DNA of 64,000 bases from Anolis carolinensis (Eukaryota). Each line of letters starts with the position of its first letter. Within the stretch, counting starts at the first letter, position 1. The stretch is taken from positions 20,695,190-20,759,189 of the forward strand of contig NC_085846.1 of assembly GCF_035594765.1 (NCBI RefSeq), in the 5' to 3' direction. Below the pieces are notes generated by a model that was given only the letters and a program-made list of their open reading frames with translations, did no database searches and was not told the DNA's origin. The translations under genes and the position numbers were made by a program. This document shows, in pieces, positions 12,964 to 25,312 of this stretch.

Positions 12964-13030
12964 GGGTTTTTGTTTGTTTCCCGGGCAGTATGGCCATGTT
13001 CCAGAAGTATTCTCTCCTGACGTTTTGCCC
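12964..13030 (-). mobile_element. Short retroelement fragment, Penelope-like
   Basis: 15-bp direct repeat AAATAAAGTATTTAA (12949-12963 and 13031-13045) flanks gtatggccatgttccagaagtattctctcctgacgttt. Confidence 0.65.
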
Positions 13031-13104
13031 AAATAAAGTATTTAACCCGATTTAACCCAATGTTCTGTGTCTGGTCTCATTATTGCATGATAGGTCACCA
13101 ATGT

Positions 13105-13470
13105 AAGAAAATCCCCTTTGGAATGTAGAACAGAAGGGTAAATTCCATGGGGAGGTTTTTAGAAGGAAATGTCTATGTGGAATACATTACAGATACTTCT
13201 TTTTGATTATGTCCCCTCCCCAACAACTCTGTGATTCTAAACATGGATGTTAATGCCTTTGATTATATATAAACCTTTGAGAATTTTGTTTGCCCAGAAA
13301 AATATCATGGAAGGTAACTATTTATACACATGATCTAAACTGGAGGAAACTATTATCGAACAGATTTCATCGTAGCCACTTCATTTTACGAAGACAAGAG
13401 ATCATCTGAAATGGACTGAAGAATGTGAAAGAGTGAGTTTACTGGAGACAATGTAAGGAGTTTGGGTAAT
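13105..13470 (+). promoter_or_regulatory. Putative promoter and non-coding first exon of the OR at 15669
   Basis: O/E (Ebf)-like site TTCCATGGGGA at 13143-13153. Alignable with 18320-18715. Donor-like sites AAG|GTAACT (about 13314) and GG|GTAATT (13466). Confidence 0.55.
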
Positions 13471-14932
13471 TTCAAATTTTTAATCAAACATAGGTCACAT
13501 TATTTGGCAAGGTTAACTTTGAAGCCACAGAGAAATTATATTTCTCCTCTTCTTACTCCCATTTTACTTCATCTTCCTCTCTTTTACTTTATGAAATTAA
13601 TATTTAAAATGTGTTGTTTTTCAAATGGTTGGGGATGACAGTTGAATCCAACTGATATCCATTTGTAAAGAGAGTTATAAAAGCTTGTACATTGCTGATG
13701 TTGAGAACAACATGGTGGTTTTCATATACATCTGTACATACTTGTAGCCAGAAGGTAAATAGTATGCACACATTTCATAACTCACCAGTTTTTTCTAACA
13801 TCTAGATTTGCAAAAGTGCAAATTCATTTTTCAATTTTTAAACAAATATTGTCATTGGTTTATTGATCAGTTCTTGGAGTAAGAAGCAGGGTTGGTTCCA
13901 GCAGTTCAGCTTTTTGCAGCTTGGCAAATATTTAAATGAAAGAATTCCTACTCCTTTTATTTATTATGCCTTGCTTTCTATGACCAACATTCAAGTTTGA
14001 AAGATATATGTTTCAAAATTATAAAGTCATCTAACAGGAATTTAAAGCCCAATTCCATACCGTCTTACAAGACAGAAAAGCTCATTCTCAATAAAAGAAA
14101 CTTCTGATTAGACATGTATATAAAACCACAATTGAAATACTGAAATAGAGCCATGATGAAATCTGAAGTTAAAAGTATTTATCTGCTCCACAAATACTGG
14201 AGTGTAGATAAAATAGAAACTGAAATTGAGATATATTAATATAAACACATGCCTCTTCTTTCAGTATATCCTGCCATAGAAAATTGAAACTAGTTAAGAC
14301 AGACCAAATAAATGGATGTTATACTTACATTGGCAAAATATGAATAATCTATGGCATTATATTTTATTAACATTTAATCAACATGAATGTTTGAAAAATT
14401 AATTTTCCATATCCACAAAAACTCTTCCTCCTCTTTTTCCTACCTTTGATATTAATCACATTAATATATAAATAACATATGTTTAAATGCTATGCCTATC
14501 AATAACTAGTAAATCATATCTACTATTTTCAATATTGCAGATATACAGTTTAAAACCTATTTAAAAAATATCAACCCTTCAGATATTTATTTTCAAGTGA
14601 ATAATTATATGGTTTTTGCATGTTTCTAGCCAGAGAATGAAAAATGTCTCTATGTTCTTTGACCCACAAGCTCTGTTAAGTAGCCAATCCTGCTAGAGTA
14701 TCAATGATTTCAAATTTCCCCCCAGTATTTTAAATAATTGTTAAGGAGTTAAAGTTTGTCCAGCTCTAATTTCTGTACATATCAGCCACCCAAGACTAGA
14801 TACTATCTCTACATATCAGATCCTGAAACAGGAACTTAGATTTCAATCTGTTACATTATAATAATTTAGACTTACACACACACACACGAGGAAAACATTG
14901 AAATGCAGATAGAGAAGAAACTAAAATGTATG

Positions 14933-15375
14933 CAGGCAGTCCCCAAGTTATGAACAAGTGAGGTTCTGTAGGTTTCTTCTTAAGTTGAAGTTGCATATAA
15001 GTTGGAACAGGTACATTTTAAGTGTAACCCCAGCCAAACACTACACAGACACACACAGACACAGACACACACAGGCATACTTTGGATAGCATAGGGAAAG
15101 GTAACACTCCTGTGTGTTTTGCTGCCTGTGCTCCTTTTCCAAAGATTTTACCTCACTTTCTGTCCCTGTGATAACTGGATTTTGAAAAATTTGAGTTGTT
15201 GTGAAAACAAAGATTGGTGATAAAGCTTCAGTTGAGACACCTTTTCCCATGATAACTCTTCCAGGAGTGAATTTCCCTTCCTAGGAATAGATTTCTCTCA
15301 CTTCCTGTTGTCTCACCCTTGTTCTAAACTATGAGTCATTTGTAAGTCAGATGTTTGTAACTTGGGAAATGCCTG
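14933..15375. mobile_element. Tc1/Mariner (Tigger-like) non-autonomous element
   Basis: TIRs CAGGCAGTCCCCAAGTTA / TAACTTGGGAAATGCCTG, followed by TA. Confidence 0.8.
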
Positions 15376-15668
15376 TATATCTGTTTACCCCATTACGGTC
15401 TGATGATAATTTGATTTTTTTACATGTCTCATTAATGACATTTCTACGTATGTGTTCTTGCCAGGCACTACATGAAAAGTAGCAACAATGACAACATTGC
15501 AAACTCTGCACATGAAGAAACTGATGGTTGGGCCAGTAGATGCATAGATATGAAATGTCATACTTGGACAAAGATTTCAAATAACTTGGTTTCAGTTATG
15601 TGTTAGATACCACTGTGATTTCTTTTATCATTACCTCATACACCGCCTTGCTCACACAGATTGAAGAA

Positions 15669-16610
15669 ATGTTAAATCACTCTTCCATGGAAAATCAAAT
15701 GGTGATGACTGAATTTATTCTTTTTGGACTTTCCAGTGATCCACAAGTGCTATTGTTTTTCTTTTTTCTGTTTCTAGTAATATATGCTGCCACATTGTTG
15801 GCAAATGCTGTAATTATAATGGTAATAAATGGAGAGCCTACCCTTCAAACCCCCATGTTTTTCTTTCTCAAAATATTAGCCTTGATTGACATTTGCTACT
15901 CATCCGTCACTGTTCCAAAGATGCTGGAAAATTTTGTATCGAAGGAGAAATCAATTTCTGTGGTGGGATGTTATGCACAGATCTTCTTCTTTATCCATTT
16001 TGCTTGTGATGAAATTTTTCTCCTCACTGCCATGTCATATGATCGCTATGTTGCTATCTGTGACCCACTTCATTATTCAACAATTATGAACAAACAGATG
16101 TGTCAACTGCTAGTGGTTGGAACCTTTGTAATGGGATTATTGGATGGTGCAGTCAACACAGTGCCTTTAATGAATGTGACCTTCTGTGGAGTAAATACAA
16201 TTTGCCATTACACATGTGACCTTCCTGCAGTTTTGAGTTTGTCTTGCAGTGGAACCTTCATCAATTTTACAGTGATTTCTGTCTCTGTTTTTCCTTTTGG
16301 TTTTATGCCTTTCCTCTTAACTCTTGTCTTTTACATTAGAATAATTTCAACCATCTTAAAAATACCTTCCACAAAAGGAAAGAGCAAAGCCTTCTCCACT
16401 TGCAGCTCCCACTTCATTGTGATAGGTCTGTTTTATTTTTCTGCTTTTGTTCGATACTTGAAGCCAAGTTCGAAGTCTCTGTCAGACCTGGAAAAAGTGG
16501 CCTCTATCCAATACCTTATTTTAACTCCTCTGTTAAATCCTCTAATATACAGTCTTAAAAACAGTAAAATGAAAAATTGTATTTGGAAAAAGTTTGTAAA
16601 ATGTATGTAA
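15669..16610 (+). CDS. Olfactory receptor, OR8S1-like, 313 aa
   Basis: Acceptor ctcacacag ends at 15659; first ATG at 15669 (MLNHSSMENQ). Motifs LQTPMFFFL, MSYDRYVAICDP, KAFSTCSSH, SIQY, PLLNPLIYSLKN. Confidence 0.96.
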   Translation: MLNHSSMENQMVMTEFILFGLSSDPQVLLFFFFLFLVIYAATLLANAVIIMVINGEPTLQTPMFFFLKILALIDICYSSVTVPKMLENFVSKEKSISVVGCYAQIFFFIHFACDEIFLLTAMSYDRYVAICDPLHYSTIMNKQMCQLLVVGTFVMGLLDGAVNTVPLMNVTFCGVNTICHYTCDLPAVLSLSCSGTFINFTVISVSVFPFGFMPFLLTLVFYIRIISTILKIPSTKGKSKAFSTCSSHFIVIGLFYFSAFVRYLKPSSKSLSDLEKVASIQYLILTPLLNPLIYSLKNSKMKNCIWKKFVKCM

Positions 16611-17453
16611 AACTACACTACCTATATTCATGTATTGAAATAAATGATAGTCCCCTGAGAAATATATTAATAAATTGTAGTATGTTATTGTTAAAGGAGG
16701 AATAATATACCGTGTCTTAAATTTAAAAGGATTTATGCAGAACTGAAAAGAACTGACTAATGCAGAACTGAGCAGCCCATGTGTCTAGGGGAGCCTAAGG
16801 AAGAGCTTCTCACATCCATCTTAAGAACCACAACGATAGGGATAATTCAAAAGTCCCACCTTCACCAAATGGTGCCAGTGGGTGATTAACAGGCTGGATT
16901 CTATACCTCTCCCCACTACCTGGTTACTGATCTCCTATTCAAGGGGACTAACCTATACCAGCCTCTGAGTTCCCATTAGGTACAGTGTAAGGTATGTCAA
17001 AAGTGGAAAATGTGGAAAAAAATAAAACTGAAACTATACAAAGTCATTTCCTCCATCCTCTTTTATCCTGTTCACAAAGTGCTTGGCCTGGCATTTTGGA
17101 CTCTGCATATGTGTGAAATGAGGAATTGCAGAGAAAGAAAAAGAAAAAAAATCCCTCAAAATATGTATGTATGTTGTATGTAAGTTTGCTTGTTCCACAA
17201 AGGTTTCTACATGGCTTGATGCATCCAGCCCAATCTTGGTACACATATCCTTCATTGTCCAATCCAAAATACTGGTTAGATTTGAAGTACAGAAATCCAT
17301 CACTTTTGTTAGTTGTCTTACTTTTAAAACAATGTAATGTACTTTGCTAGCCAATGAGCCTCATGTTGTAGTGTTCAGATCAACCACATGAAGGCAGTAG
17401 AATGTTTCCATAGATTCATTCTAAGGGAGGAAAGAAATATCAACAGGATGGAG

Positions 17454-17586
17454 CAGGCATGGCAAACTTTGGCCCTCCAGGTGTTTCAAACTTCAGTTCC
17501 TACAATTCCTAACAGCCTACTGGCTCTTAGGTATTGTGGGAGATGAAGTCCAAAACACCTGGAGGGCTGAAGTTTGCCTATGCCTG
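17454..17586. mobile_element. hAT-type MITE
   Basis: TIRs CAGGCATGGCAAACTT / AAGTTTGCCTATGCCTG. 8-bp TSD GGATGGAG / GGATAGAG with one mismatch. Confidence 0.85.
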
Positions 17587-17748
17587 GGATAGAGTTTAGG
17601 AGTCCACAGAGGTGCTATGGAGACAGTTTCAGATGTTTCATGGGAGACCTTCTTAAATGAAGTCAACAGGAAAGGAGTCCAAAAGATGGCAAGATTGAGT
17701 AATAAGAATGGGTAATAATATGATTAACAGAATCCTATATTCAGAGAT

Positions 17749-18066
17749 GGAGCCCCGGTGGTGAAGTGTGTTAAAGCACTAAGCTGCTGAACTTGCAAAC
17801 TGAAAGGTCCCAGGTTCAAATCCCGGGAACGGAGTGAGCGCCCGCTATTAGCTCCAGCTTCTGCCAACCTAGCAGTTTGAAAACATGCCAATGTGAGTAG
17901 ATCAATAGGTACCACTCCGGTGGAAGGTAACAGCGCTCCATGCAGTCATGCTGGCCACATGACCTTGGAGGTGTCTACGGACAACGCTGGCTCTTTGGCT
18001 TAGAAATGGAGATGAGCACCAACCCCCAGAGTCAGAGATGACTGGACTTAACGTCAGGGGAAACCT
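17749..18066 (+). mobile_element. Sauria SINE
   Basis: tRNA-like head with ggttcaaatcc B box, Sauria core, and 13-bp TSD TATATTCAGAGAT. Confidence 0.92.
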
Positions 18067-18319
18067 TATATTCAGAGATATGTATATTTATGCATGGAGA
18101 AAAGATTTTATCTCAGTTAATTTATGACGAGAAACTGATTATTAAATCAGCAGCAGCAGCAGCAGCAGCTTAAATACTCTTCATTCTCTAGGAATGCATT
18201 TTGTAATGGAACCATTCACAGAATCAAAAAGGAAACAATGGCTATTTGTAATAAATAGCATTACAAGCTGCTCAATCTGGACAATGCCAAATATAAACAC
18301 TAGTATAATATAAAAACTG

Positions 18320-18715
18320 AAACACATGCCTTGGGAATTCAGATTGGAAAGGAAAATTCCATGGGGATATTATTAGAAGGATAGAGAATATAGTAGCTTT
18401 TTATTTATAACCTCCCTCTCTCTACCTCTGGTGATTTGAAATACAGAATGTTAATTCTTTTGATTACAAATGAAAACCCTTGAGAATTTCATTTGCTCAG
18501 AAAAATATCGTGAGGCATTTTACAGAAGGTGACAATTTATATAACTGACCCAAGCCAAATTGTGAAGATACCTATTTTCTATGAGCTCTCAGGAATGCTA
18601 TTCCACTTTATGAAGGCAATGGACAATCTGAAATAGCTTGAAGAGTGGGGAAAAGGACAAGAATTCTTTTTTTAAATTAAATTGACTGTAGACAACATAA
18701 GAAGTCCAGGTAATT
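18320..18715 (+). promoter_or_regulatory. Putative promoter and non-coding first exon of the OR at 21706
   Basis: O/E-like sites TGCCTTGGGA, TTCCATGGGGA (18357-18367) and ACCCTTGAGA. Donor CAG|GTAATT at 18710. Paralogous to 13105-13470. Confidence 0.55.
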
Positions 18716-20793
18716 TTATTACATTTAGTTCCTTTCACATTTCAGAGTACATTATTTGTTAGTTAACTTCAAAATCCAAAGGGAAATTCACAGGACCTTC
18801 TTTTCTCACGACTCTTCCTTTACCTTGCTTTTATTGTATGACATTCATTTTTAGAAACCTGTTATTTTTAATCACTGTAAATGGCAATTCCAACATGTAT
18901 TTGATTTTTTTACCCTGTTATCAGCAAAGGGATAGAGTAATGTTGTGGACATATGCAAAACAGATGGCAAGAATAAGAAGGTGGTGGTCATATATTTCTG
19001 CATGATTGTAACTAGAAGAGAAACCGTATGCACAAATTCCATGACTCAACAGTTTTATCTAACATCCAATTGGATGTACAAATCTGGGTTTTTATGTCAC
19101 TGAAATTAGGCAGAATGGAAATTTGTAGATTTTGATTAAATTGAAACTTAGAACAAATTTAGAATTCCTGTTCCACTTTAATGGAAATCAAAGTTAATAA
19201 AATGTTCTTCTGCTCCATGAATACTGAAATGTAGGTACAATGGAAACTGAAATTAAAAGCAGCACCTGAATCTTTTATCAACATTATCTGCAGGTAATTT
19301 CATTTTCTTGGATATGTGTCACGTGCCATGAATTATATGCTTTCTAAGTGTATATATTTTTCTAAATACCTTATTAAATCAAAACCAGCAAAGACAGGCA
19401 AAACCAGTGGTATGTGGTAATATCGACTTTATGCTACAATAGATGAAAATATGAAGGATATATTTCATTGAAGTTATATCATGGTGGCTAAGTGAATAAA
19501 TTGCATTCCAAACCACCCAAAACCTCAACATTCCTCCTTGTCCTTCTCTCCACATTCCTTTTTCATTACATTAACATTGAAATAATCCACTATTTGAATA
19601 CTGTGTTTCTTAATGATTAGTAAACCATTTGATTATGGCACTGATATGGTTGTATCTTTGTTTAGAAAAATTTTCACCCTTCTGTTATCCTCTTGAAGGT
19701 GATGACCATACATGTTTACATAATTGTAGTCAGACAGTGAAAATGCTCATAAATTACATGGACCACAAGTTTCATTAGGTATCCAATCTTGCTAGAGTAG
19801 GAATGCTGGATTTTTGTTTGTTTGCGTTAAAAACTGTTTCCAGGCTTAAATAATTGTTAAGAAGGTAAAGTTTGTTTCCATTTGGAATATCCCTTTCCAC
19901 TTTACCACGCGGGGGTTATTTGCCCCTTGCAACTCTGTGGCTCCTCTTTGGCCACAGCTCCAGACATATCCCATCAGATGATGCAGGCCATGGTTCCATC
20001 AGTTGGCAAAGCAGTGATGCAAAGAGGCTTCTTCACCACCATAGTAAGCCTCCATCTTTTGGCCTGCTCCAACGAGCTAGCACATGGTTTTGACACAGTT
20101 TTGATGCATTCCCCTGTTTGATGGGGACAGCACCAATGTGGCAACGTGCCTTGCCATGATTCTGCCACCCTTTCCCTGTCTGATGGGGATGTGCCAACGC
20201 AGCAGCGTGCTTTGCCATGATTCTGCAATGTGACAGGGGAAGGAGGGTGGGTGTGCTGCTCACTATGAGTCGCTATGTGTGCTTTTCATTTCACTAGTGA
20301 TTGCCAGCAAAACCCCACAGAGGGGAAGGGGGGGTCATTAGTATGATAAGGTCTTTAATCTGTCATCTGAGACTAGATACCATCTAGATATCAGATTATG
20401 CCACAGGAGTTTAGATGACAATTCAATTTTAAACAAATATTTTTGCTTGTTTATTTATCAGTTACTGTAATGGATGGGAAAACTGATTCAGTTATTGAAA
20501 TACTGAAATAAGATATTTTGGAAAATGAAGTTACTATTTTCAGTAAGGCATCAATGCATCAGGATCTCTGATTAGATTTTTTCCCACCTTCAGCTATAGA
20601 ACATCAAGGAACAACTATACTTATTACATAATTGTAGCTACAGAGTGAAAATGTCCACAAAATATTTGAACCACAACCAGCCTTGATGCTGTTTTTAAAA
20701 GCCTGTCTCCAGTGTCTTTAAAAATGTCAGGGAGGTAAATTGTATGCCCTTCTCTAATTTCGGTGCATATCAATTATCTAGAAGCTATCTAAG

Positions 20794-21127
20794 GGGAACC
20801 CTGGTGGCACAGTGTGTTAAAGCGCTGAGCTGCTGAACTTGCAGACCGAAAGGTGCCAGGTTCAAATCCTGGGAGCGGAATGAACGCCCACTGTTAGCCC
20901 CAGCTCCTGCCAACCTAGCAGTTCGAAAACATGCACATGTGAGTAGATCAATAGGTACCGCTCCGGCGGGAAGATAACGGTGCTCCATGCAGTCATGCCG
21001 ACCACATGACCTTGGAAATGTCTATGGACAATGCTGGCTCTTTGGCTTAGAAATGGAGATGAGCATCAACCCCCAGAGTCGGTCACGACTGGACTTAACA
21101 TCAGGGGAAACCTTTACCTTTACTTTT
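20794..21127 (+). mobile_element. Sauria SINE
   Basis: Full head and core, (ACCTTT)n tail, TSD TATCTAAG. Confidence 0.92.
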
Positions 21128-21705
21128 TATCTAAGTAACAGATCATGATACAGGAGCCAAGATGACAATTTTATAGCTACTTGCCTGGCAGAAAACAGAA
21201 TGACAATAATTTACAATTACATTGCTGCATAATTTATTTATGGGGGAAAATACTGTAATCTGGAGGAAATTGTTATTAACAGAAATACTTGTCCACCACA
21301 TGTGTACTAACTGCTGATTGTTTGATTCTCTTTGACATAAACCACAAATAATATCTCTTCTAAATATATATTCATCCTAGGCATTGCATTAAAAGAAGAA
21401 AACAAGACACAAGCCTCACAGGAAAGAAATGTTGATCAGATCAGTGGGTGAATGACTGAAAATTTCAAACTTGGACAAATATTTCAACTGAATTATAAAA
21501 GAAAAACACTCATAAAAAGAATATTGGTTAGAAAAAGACATATTGAACTCTGTTGCCACAAGTTGCTATAGAAAATATAAATGTATCAAAATACTTTTGA
21601 CACCTTGGCCTGACTGATTTGATGTGTCAGATGTCAAGTGACTTAAATAAAAATTATGCTAATCACGAGGCATCATGTTGTGTTCTATTCTCAAAGATCT
21701 TAGAC

Positions 21706-22647
21706 ATGTTAAATCAATGTTTTGTGGAAAATCAAACTGTGATGACTGAGTTTATTCTTTTGGGACTTTCTGATGATCTACAAGTACAGTTCTTTCTTTT
21801 CTTTGTGTTTCTAGCCATATATGTAGTCACATTATTAGCAAACTTTATGATTATATTAGTAATCAGGGCAGAGCATAGTCTACAGACCCCTATGTTTTTC
21901 TTTCTCAAAATACTTGCTTTCGTTGACATTTGCTATTCATCCATCACCGTTCCAAAGATGTTGGAAAATTTTGTATCAAAGGAGAAATCTATTTCTGTGG
22001 TGGGATGTTATGCACAGATATTCTTCTATATCCCTTTTTCTTGTGAGGAAATTTTTCTGCTCACTGTCATGTCATATGATCGCTATGTTGCTATCTGTGA
22101 TCCACTCCATTATCCAACAATTATGAACACAGAGATGTCTCATCGGCTGGTGGCTGGAACTTTTGTAATGAGTTTCTTGGCTGCTTTAATCAACACTGTG
22201 CCTTTAATAGGAGTGACCTTCTGCGGATGCAACAGAATCAGCCACTACACTTGTGACCTTCCTGCACTTTTGAGTTTGTCTTGCAGTGAAAATTCCCACA
22301 ACCACTTGCTGATATTTCTTTCTTGTTTTCTTTTTGGTATTGTTCCTTTCTTCCTAACACTTGTCTCCTATATTAGAATAATTTCAACTATCCTGGAGAT
22401 TCAGTCTACAAAAGGCAGGAGCAAAGCCTTCTCCACTTGCAGTTCTCACCTCATTGTGACTTGTTTATTTTATTTCTCTGCTTTTGCCTCATACTTAAAG
22501 CCAAGGTCTAGGTTTCAGTCCTATTCAGAGAGAGTAGCCTCTATCCAGTACCTTATTTTATCTCCTCTGTTAAATCCTATAATATACAGTCTTAAAAACA
22601 ATGAAATTAAAACAAATGTTAAGAAAAAAATTGTAAAATGCAGGTAA
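21706..22647 (+). CDS. Olfactory receptor, OR8S1-like, 313 aa; closest paralog of the 15669 gene
   Basis: Acceptor ttctcaaag ends at 21696; ATG at 21706 (MLNQCFVENQT). Full OR motif set, with long identical stretches shared with the 15669 gene. Confidence 0.96.
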   Translation: MLNQCFVENQTVMTEFILLGLSDDLQVQFFLFFVFLAIYVVTLLANFMIILVIRAEHSLQTPMFFFLKILAFVDICYSSITVPKMLENFVSKEKSISVVGCYAQIFFYIPFSCEEIFLLTVMSYDRYVAICDPLHYPTIMNTEMSHRLVAGTFVMSFLAALINTVPLIGVTFCGCNRISHYTCDLPALLSLSCSENSHNHLLIFLSCFLFGIVPFFLTLVSYIRIISTILEIQSTKGRSKAFSTCSSHLIVTCLFYFSAFASYLKPRSRFQSYSERVASIQYLILSPLLNPIIYSLKNNEIKTNVKKKIVKCR

Positions 22648-23459
22648 AACTACAAAACTTTATGCATGTTTTGAAATAAATTATACTGCCATATACTATG
22701 AAAGAGAAAGAGATCAAGAAATTGATTTTTTATTGTGAAAAGGAACAATATTCAATAGGAATTATGTTAGTTTATTAATTTCTGTCTATCGTAAACTTGT
22801 CTAAATCTTGGTCCAACTTACAGTACTTTTTTGTAGTACAGAAAGTATACATAAGTTTGAAATCAATAGTCTGTGCCTCACTGATGAAATTGATATGAAG
22901 TTTTATGTTTTAACATACTATACATTTTATGTGTGTTGCTATGTTCACTTTACCAAGTCCTACACTAGACAAAGAGTACATGTACATAATGAAAAATTAG
23001 AATAATGTGACAATAAAAAATACAAAACAAATGCTAAAACAATTATTAGAATCTCATGGTTTTATAGAGTGTATTTTATAAGTGTGGAAAACATTGTTTT
23101 ACTTTTTGAAGGTCCAAGATCAATAGAAGAAAAGAAGAGAGTTCATGGCACACTAGAGAAGTTGGATACAGTAAACCTTACATATGAGTAAATTTGCAAA
23201 AAAAAACAAAACAACCACCCATATAATATTCATAACTCTAAGCAGAATCACTCCATACAAACTGTGTGCTACATCAAAATATACTATATTATCTCTTTCA
23301 AATGTCAGAATCAGAAAAAGTTAGAGCTAGAACTGACCATACAGTCCATCCAGCAGAAACCCCTGAAGGTGGGGAAAACTACAAATAAAACATCACTTAG
23401 AGGTCTTTCAAACTTGGTTTTAAAAGTCTGAATAAAAAAAAATCCACAACCTTCCAAGG

Positions 23460-23753
23460 CAGGCCCGTAGCCAGGATTTTGGTTTGGGAGAGGCTGGGAT
23501 TTTGGTTTGGGGGGGGGGCTGAGTCTGAGTGAGAGAGGATCTACCCTAGGAAACCTTTTGTATCATTATCCCAATACCTCCATGCATATGGGATATATTG
23601 AGTATGGTGCTCAGATCATGATATGAATAAACATAACAGTTTAAATAATACATGTAAGGCCTTCTCACGGACCAGCCTGAGAATTTCGGGGGGGGGGGGG
23701 GAGGGGGCTGAAACCCTTCAAGCCCCCCCCCCCCCCCCCCGGCTACATGCCTG
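23460..23753. mobile_element. hAT-type MITE with G/C runs
   Basis: TIRs CAGGCCCGTAGCC / GGCTACATGCCTG and perfect 8-bp TSD TTCCAAGG. Confidence 0.88.
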
Positions 23754-24228
23754 TTCCAAGGTAATATATACCAATGTTGAACTCTGGCATTTCTAGACCT
23801 AAATAATAAGGACAGACACATAATTGAAACATACAGGCCACTTTTTGTAAACTATTTAACTGAAATCTCTGAATAGCAACTGGAGGGAGGAACCTAATCT
23901 GGCTCAGAGTGGTGTTTCACCACAGAGCACTTTCTCAGTCATCCTTGGGCAAAGCGCCAAATGCTACAGGAATAACAAAGTTGCTTAGGTTTTTCATAAA
24001 TTAGCTATTCTAGGGAAAGCCCCTTCCTGGGATATCTGTCTCCCATGTCATGTTACTTAGTGCACTTCCGGACAGCACAAAAATGTGGATTTTAAATGGA
24101 GGACAAAAAAGTCCGGGACCTGAAAACATGTCCCTACACAGACCTGTGGGTCCCAGGATTTCTCCCCCTTTTAACCCAGAAACTTTTGTGTTATAGGTGC
24201 TGTGTAGATGGGCCCACTGAGTCAATTA

Positions 24229-25312
24229 GGCCCCATCTAACTGCATTGAACTACATTATATGAGTCTCTACTGCTATATAATGCAGTTCGTAAGCATACG
24301 AGAAGCTCGGCCTCTCACTGAACATCGAGAAAACCAAAGTGCTCTTCCAACAGGCACCAGCTAATCCCTCTGCAAAGCCAGGAATACAGCTTAACGGTGC
24401 AACATTAGAAAATGTTGACCTTTTCCGCTACCTTGGTAGCCACCTCTCCACAAAAGTCAACATCGACACTGAAATACAACACCGCCTGAGCTCTGCGAGT
24501 GCAGCATTTTTCCGTATGAAGCAGAGAGTGTTCGATGACCGGGACATCCGTAGAGAGACCAAGGTGCTTGTTTATAAAGCCATTGTCCTCCCAACCCTGC
24601 TCTATGCCTGCGAAACGTGGACTGTGTACAGACGTCACACCAAACTCCTGGAGCGTTTCCATCAGCGTTGTCTCAGGAAAATCCTGCAAATCTCTTGGGA
24701 AGACAGGCGGACAAATGTCAGCGTGCTTGAGGAAGCAAAGACCACCAGCATTGAAGCGATGCTCTTACGCCATCAACTCCGTTGGACTGGCCACGTTGTC
24801 CGAATGCCCGATCACCGTCTCCCAAAGCAGCTCCTCTACTCTGAACTCAAGAATGGGAAACGGAATGTTGGAGGGCAGGAAAAGAGATTTAAAGATGGGC
24901 TCAAAGCCAACCTTAAAAACTGTGGCATAGACACTGAGAACTGGGAAGCCCTGGCCCTTGAGCGCTCTAATTGGAGGTCAGCTGTGACCAGCAGTGCTGC
25001 GGAGTTTGAAGAGGCACGAACGGAGGGCTTAAGGGAGAAACGTGCCAAGAGGAAGGAGCGTCAAGCTAACCCCGACCGGGACCGCCTTCCACCTGGAAAC
25101 CGATGTCCTCACTGCGGGAGAATATGCGGGTCAAGAATCGGTCTCTTCAGTCACCTAAGAACACACGCCCAAGATACCAAGGTTGGAAGACCATCGTCCT
25201 CGAACGTCGAGGGATCGCCTAAGTAAGTAAGTAAGTAAGTATAATGCAGTTCAATATATACAATGCAGTTCAATGCAGTTGAGCTGCATTACATGGTTGT
25301 GCAGATGGGGCC
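24229..25312. mobile_element. PIF/Harbinger MITE interrupted by an RTE LINE
   Basis: TIRs GGCCCCATCT / AGATGGGGCC lie on either side of the RTE insertion. Confidence 0.7.
24290..25239 (+). mobile_element. 5'-truncated RTE-clade LINE (RT C-terminus and C2H2-like finger) with (TAAG)5 tail
   Basis: Uninterrupted frame GLSLNIEKTKVL...FRYLGS...LLYACETW...LRWTGHVVRM...CPHCGRICGSRIGLFSHLRTH. 13-bp TSD TATAATGCAGTTC at 24277-24289 and 25240-25252. Confidence 0.95.

Noticed and set aside
17749-17830. tRNA-like sequences with A/B boxes (also 20794, 25615, 40699)
   Set aside because: These are heads of tRNA-derived SINEs, not tRNA genes.
24339-25226. 295-aa ORF as a host gene
   Set aside because: It is the C-terminal part of an RTE LINE ORF, 5'-truncated and bounded by a TSD and a (TAAG)n tail.
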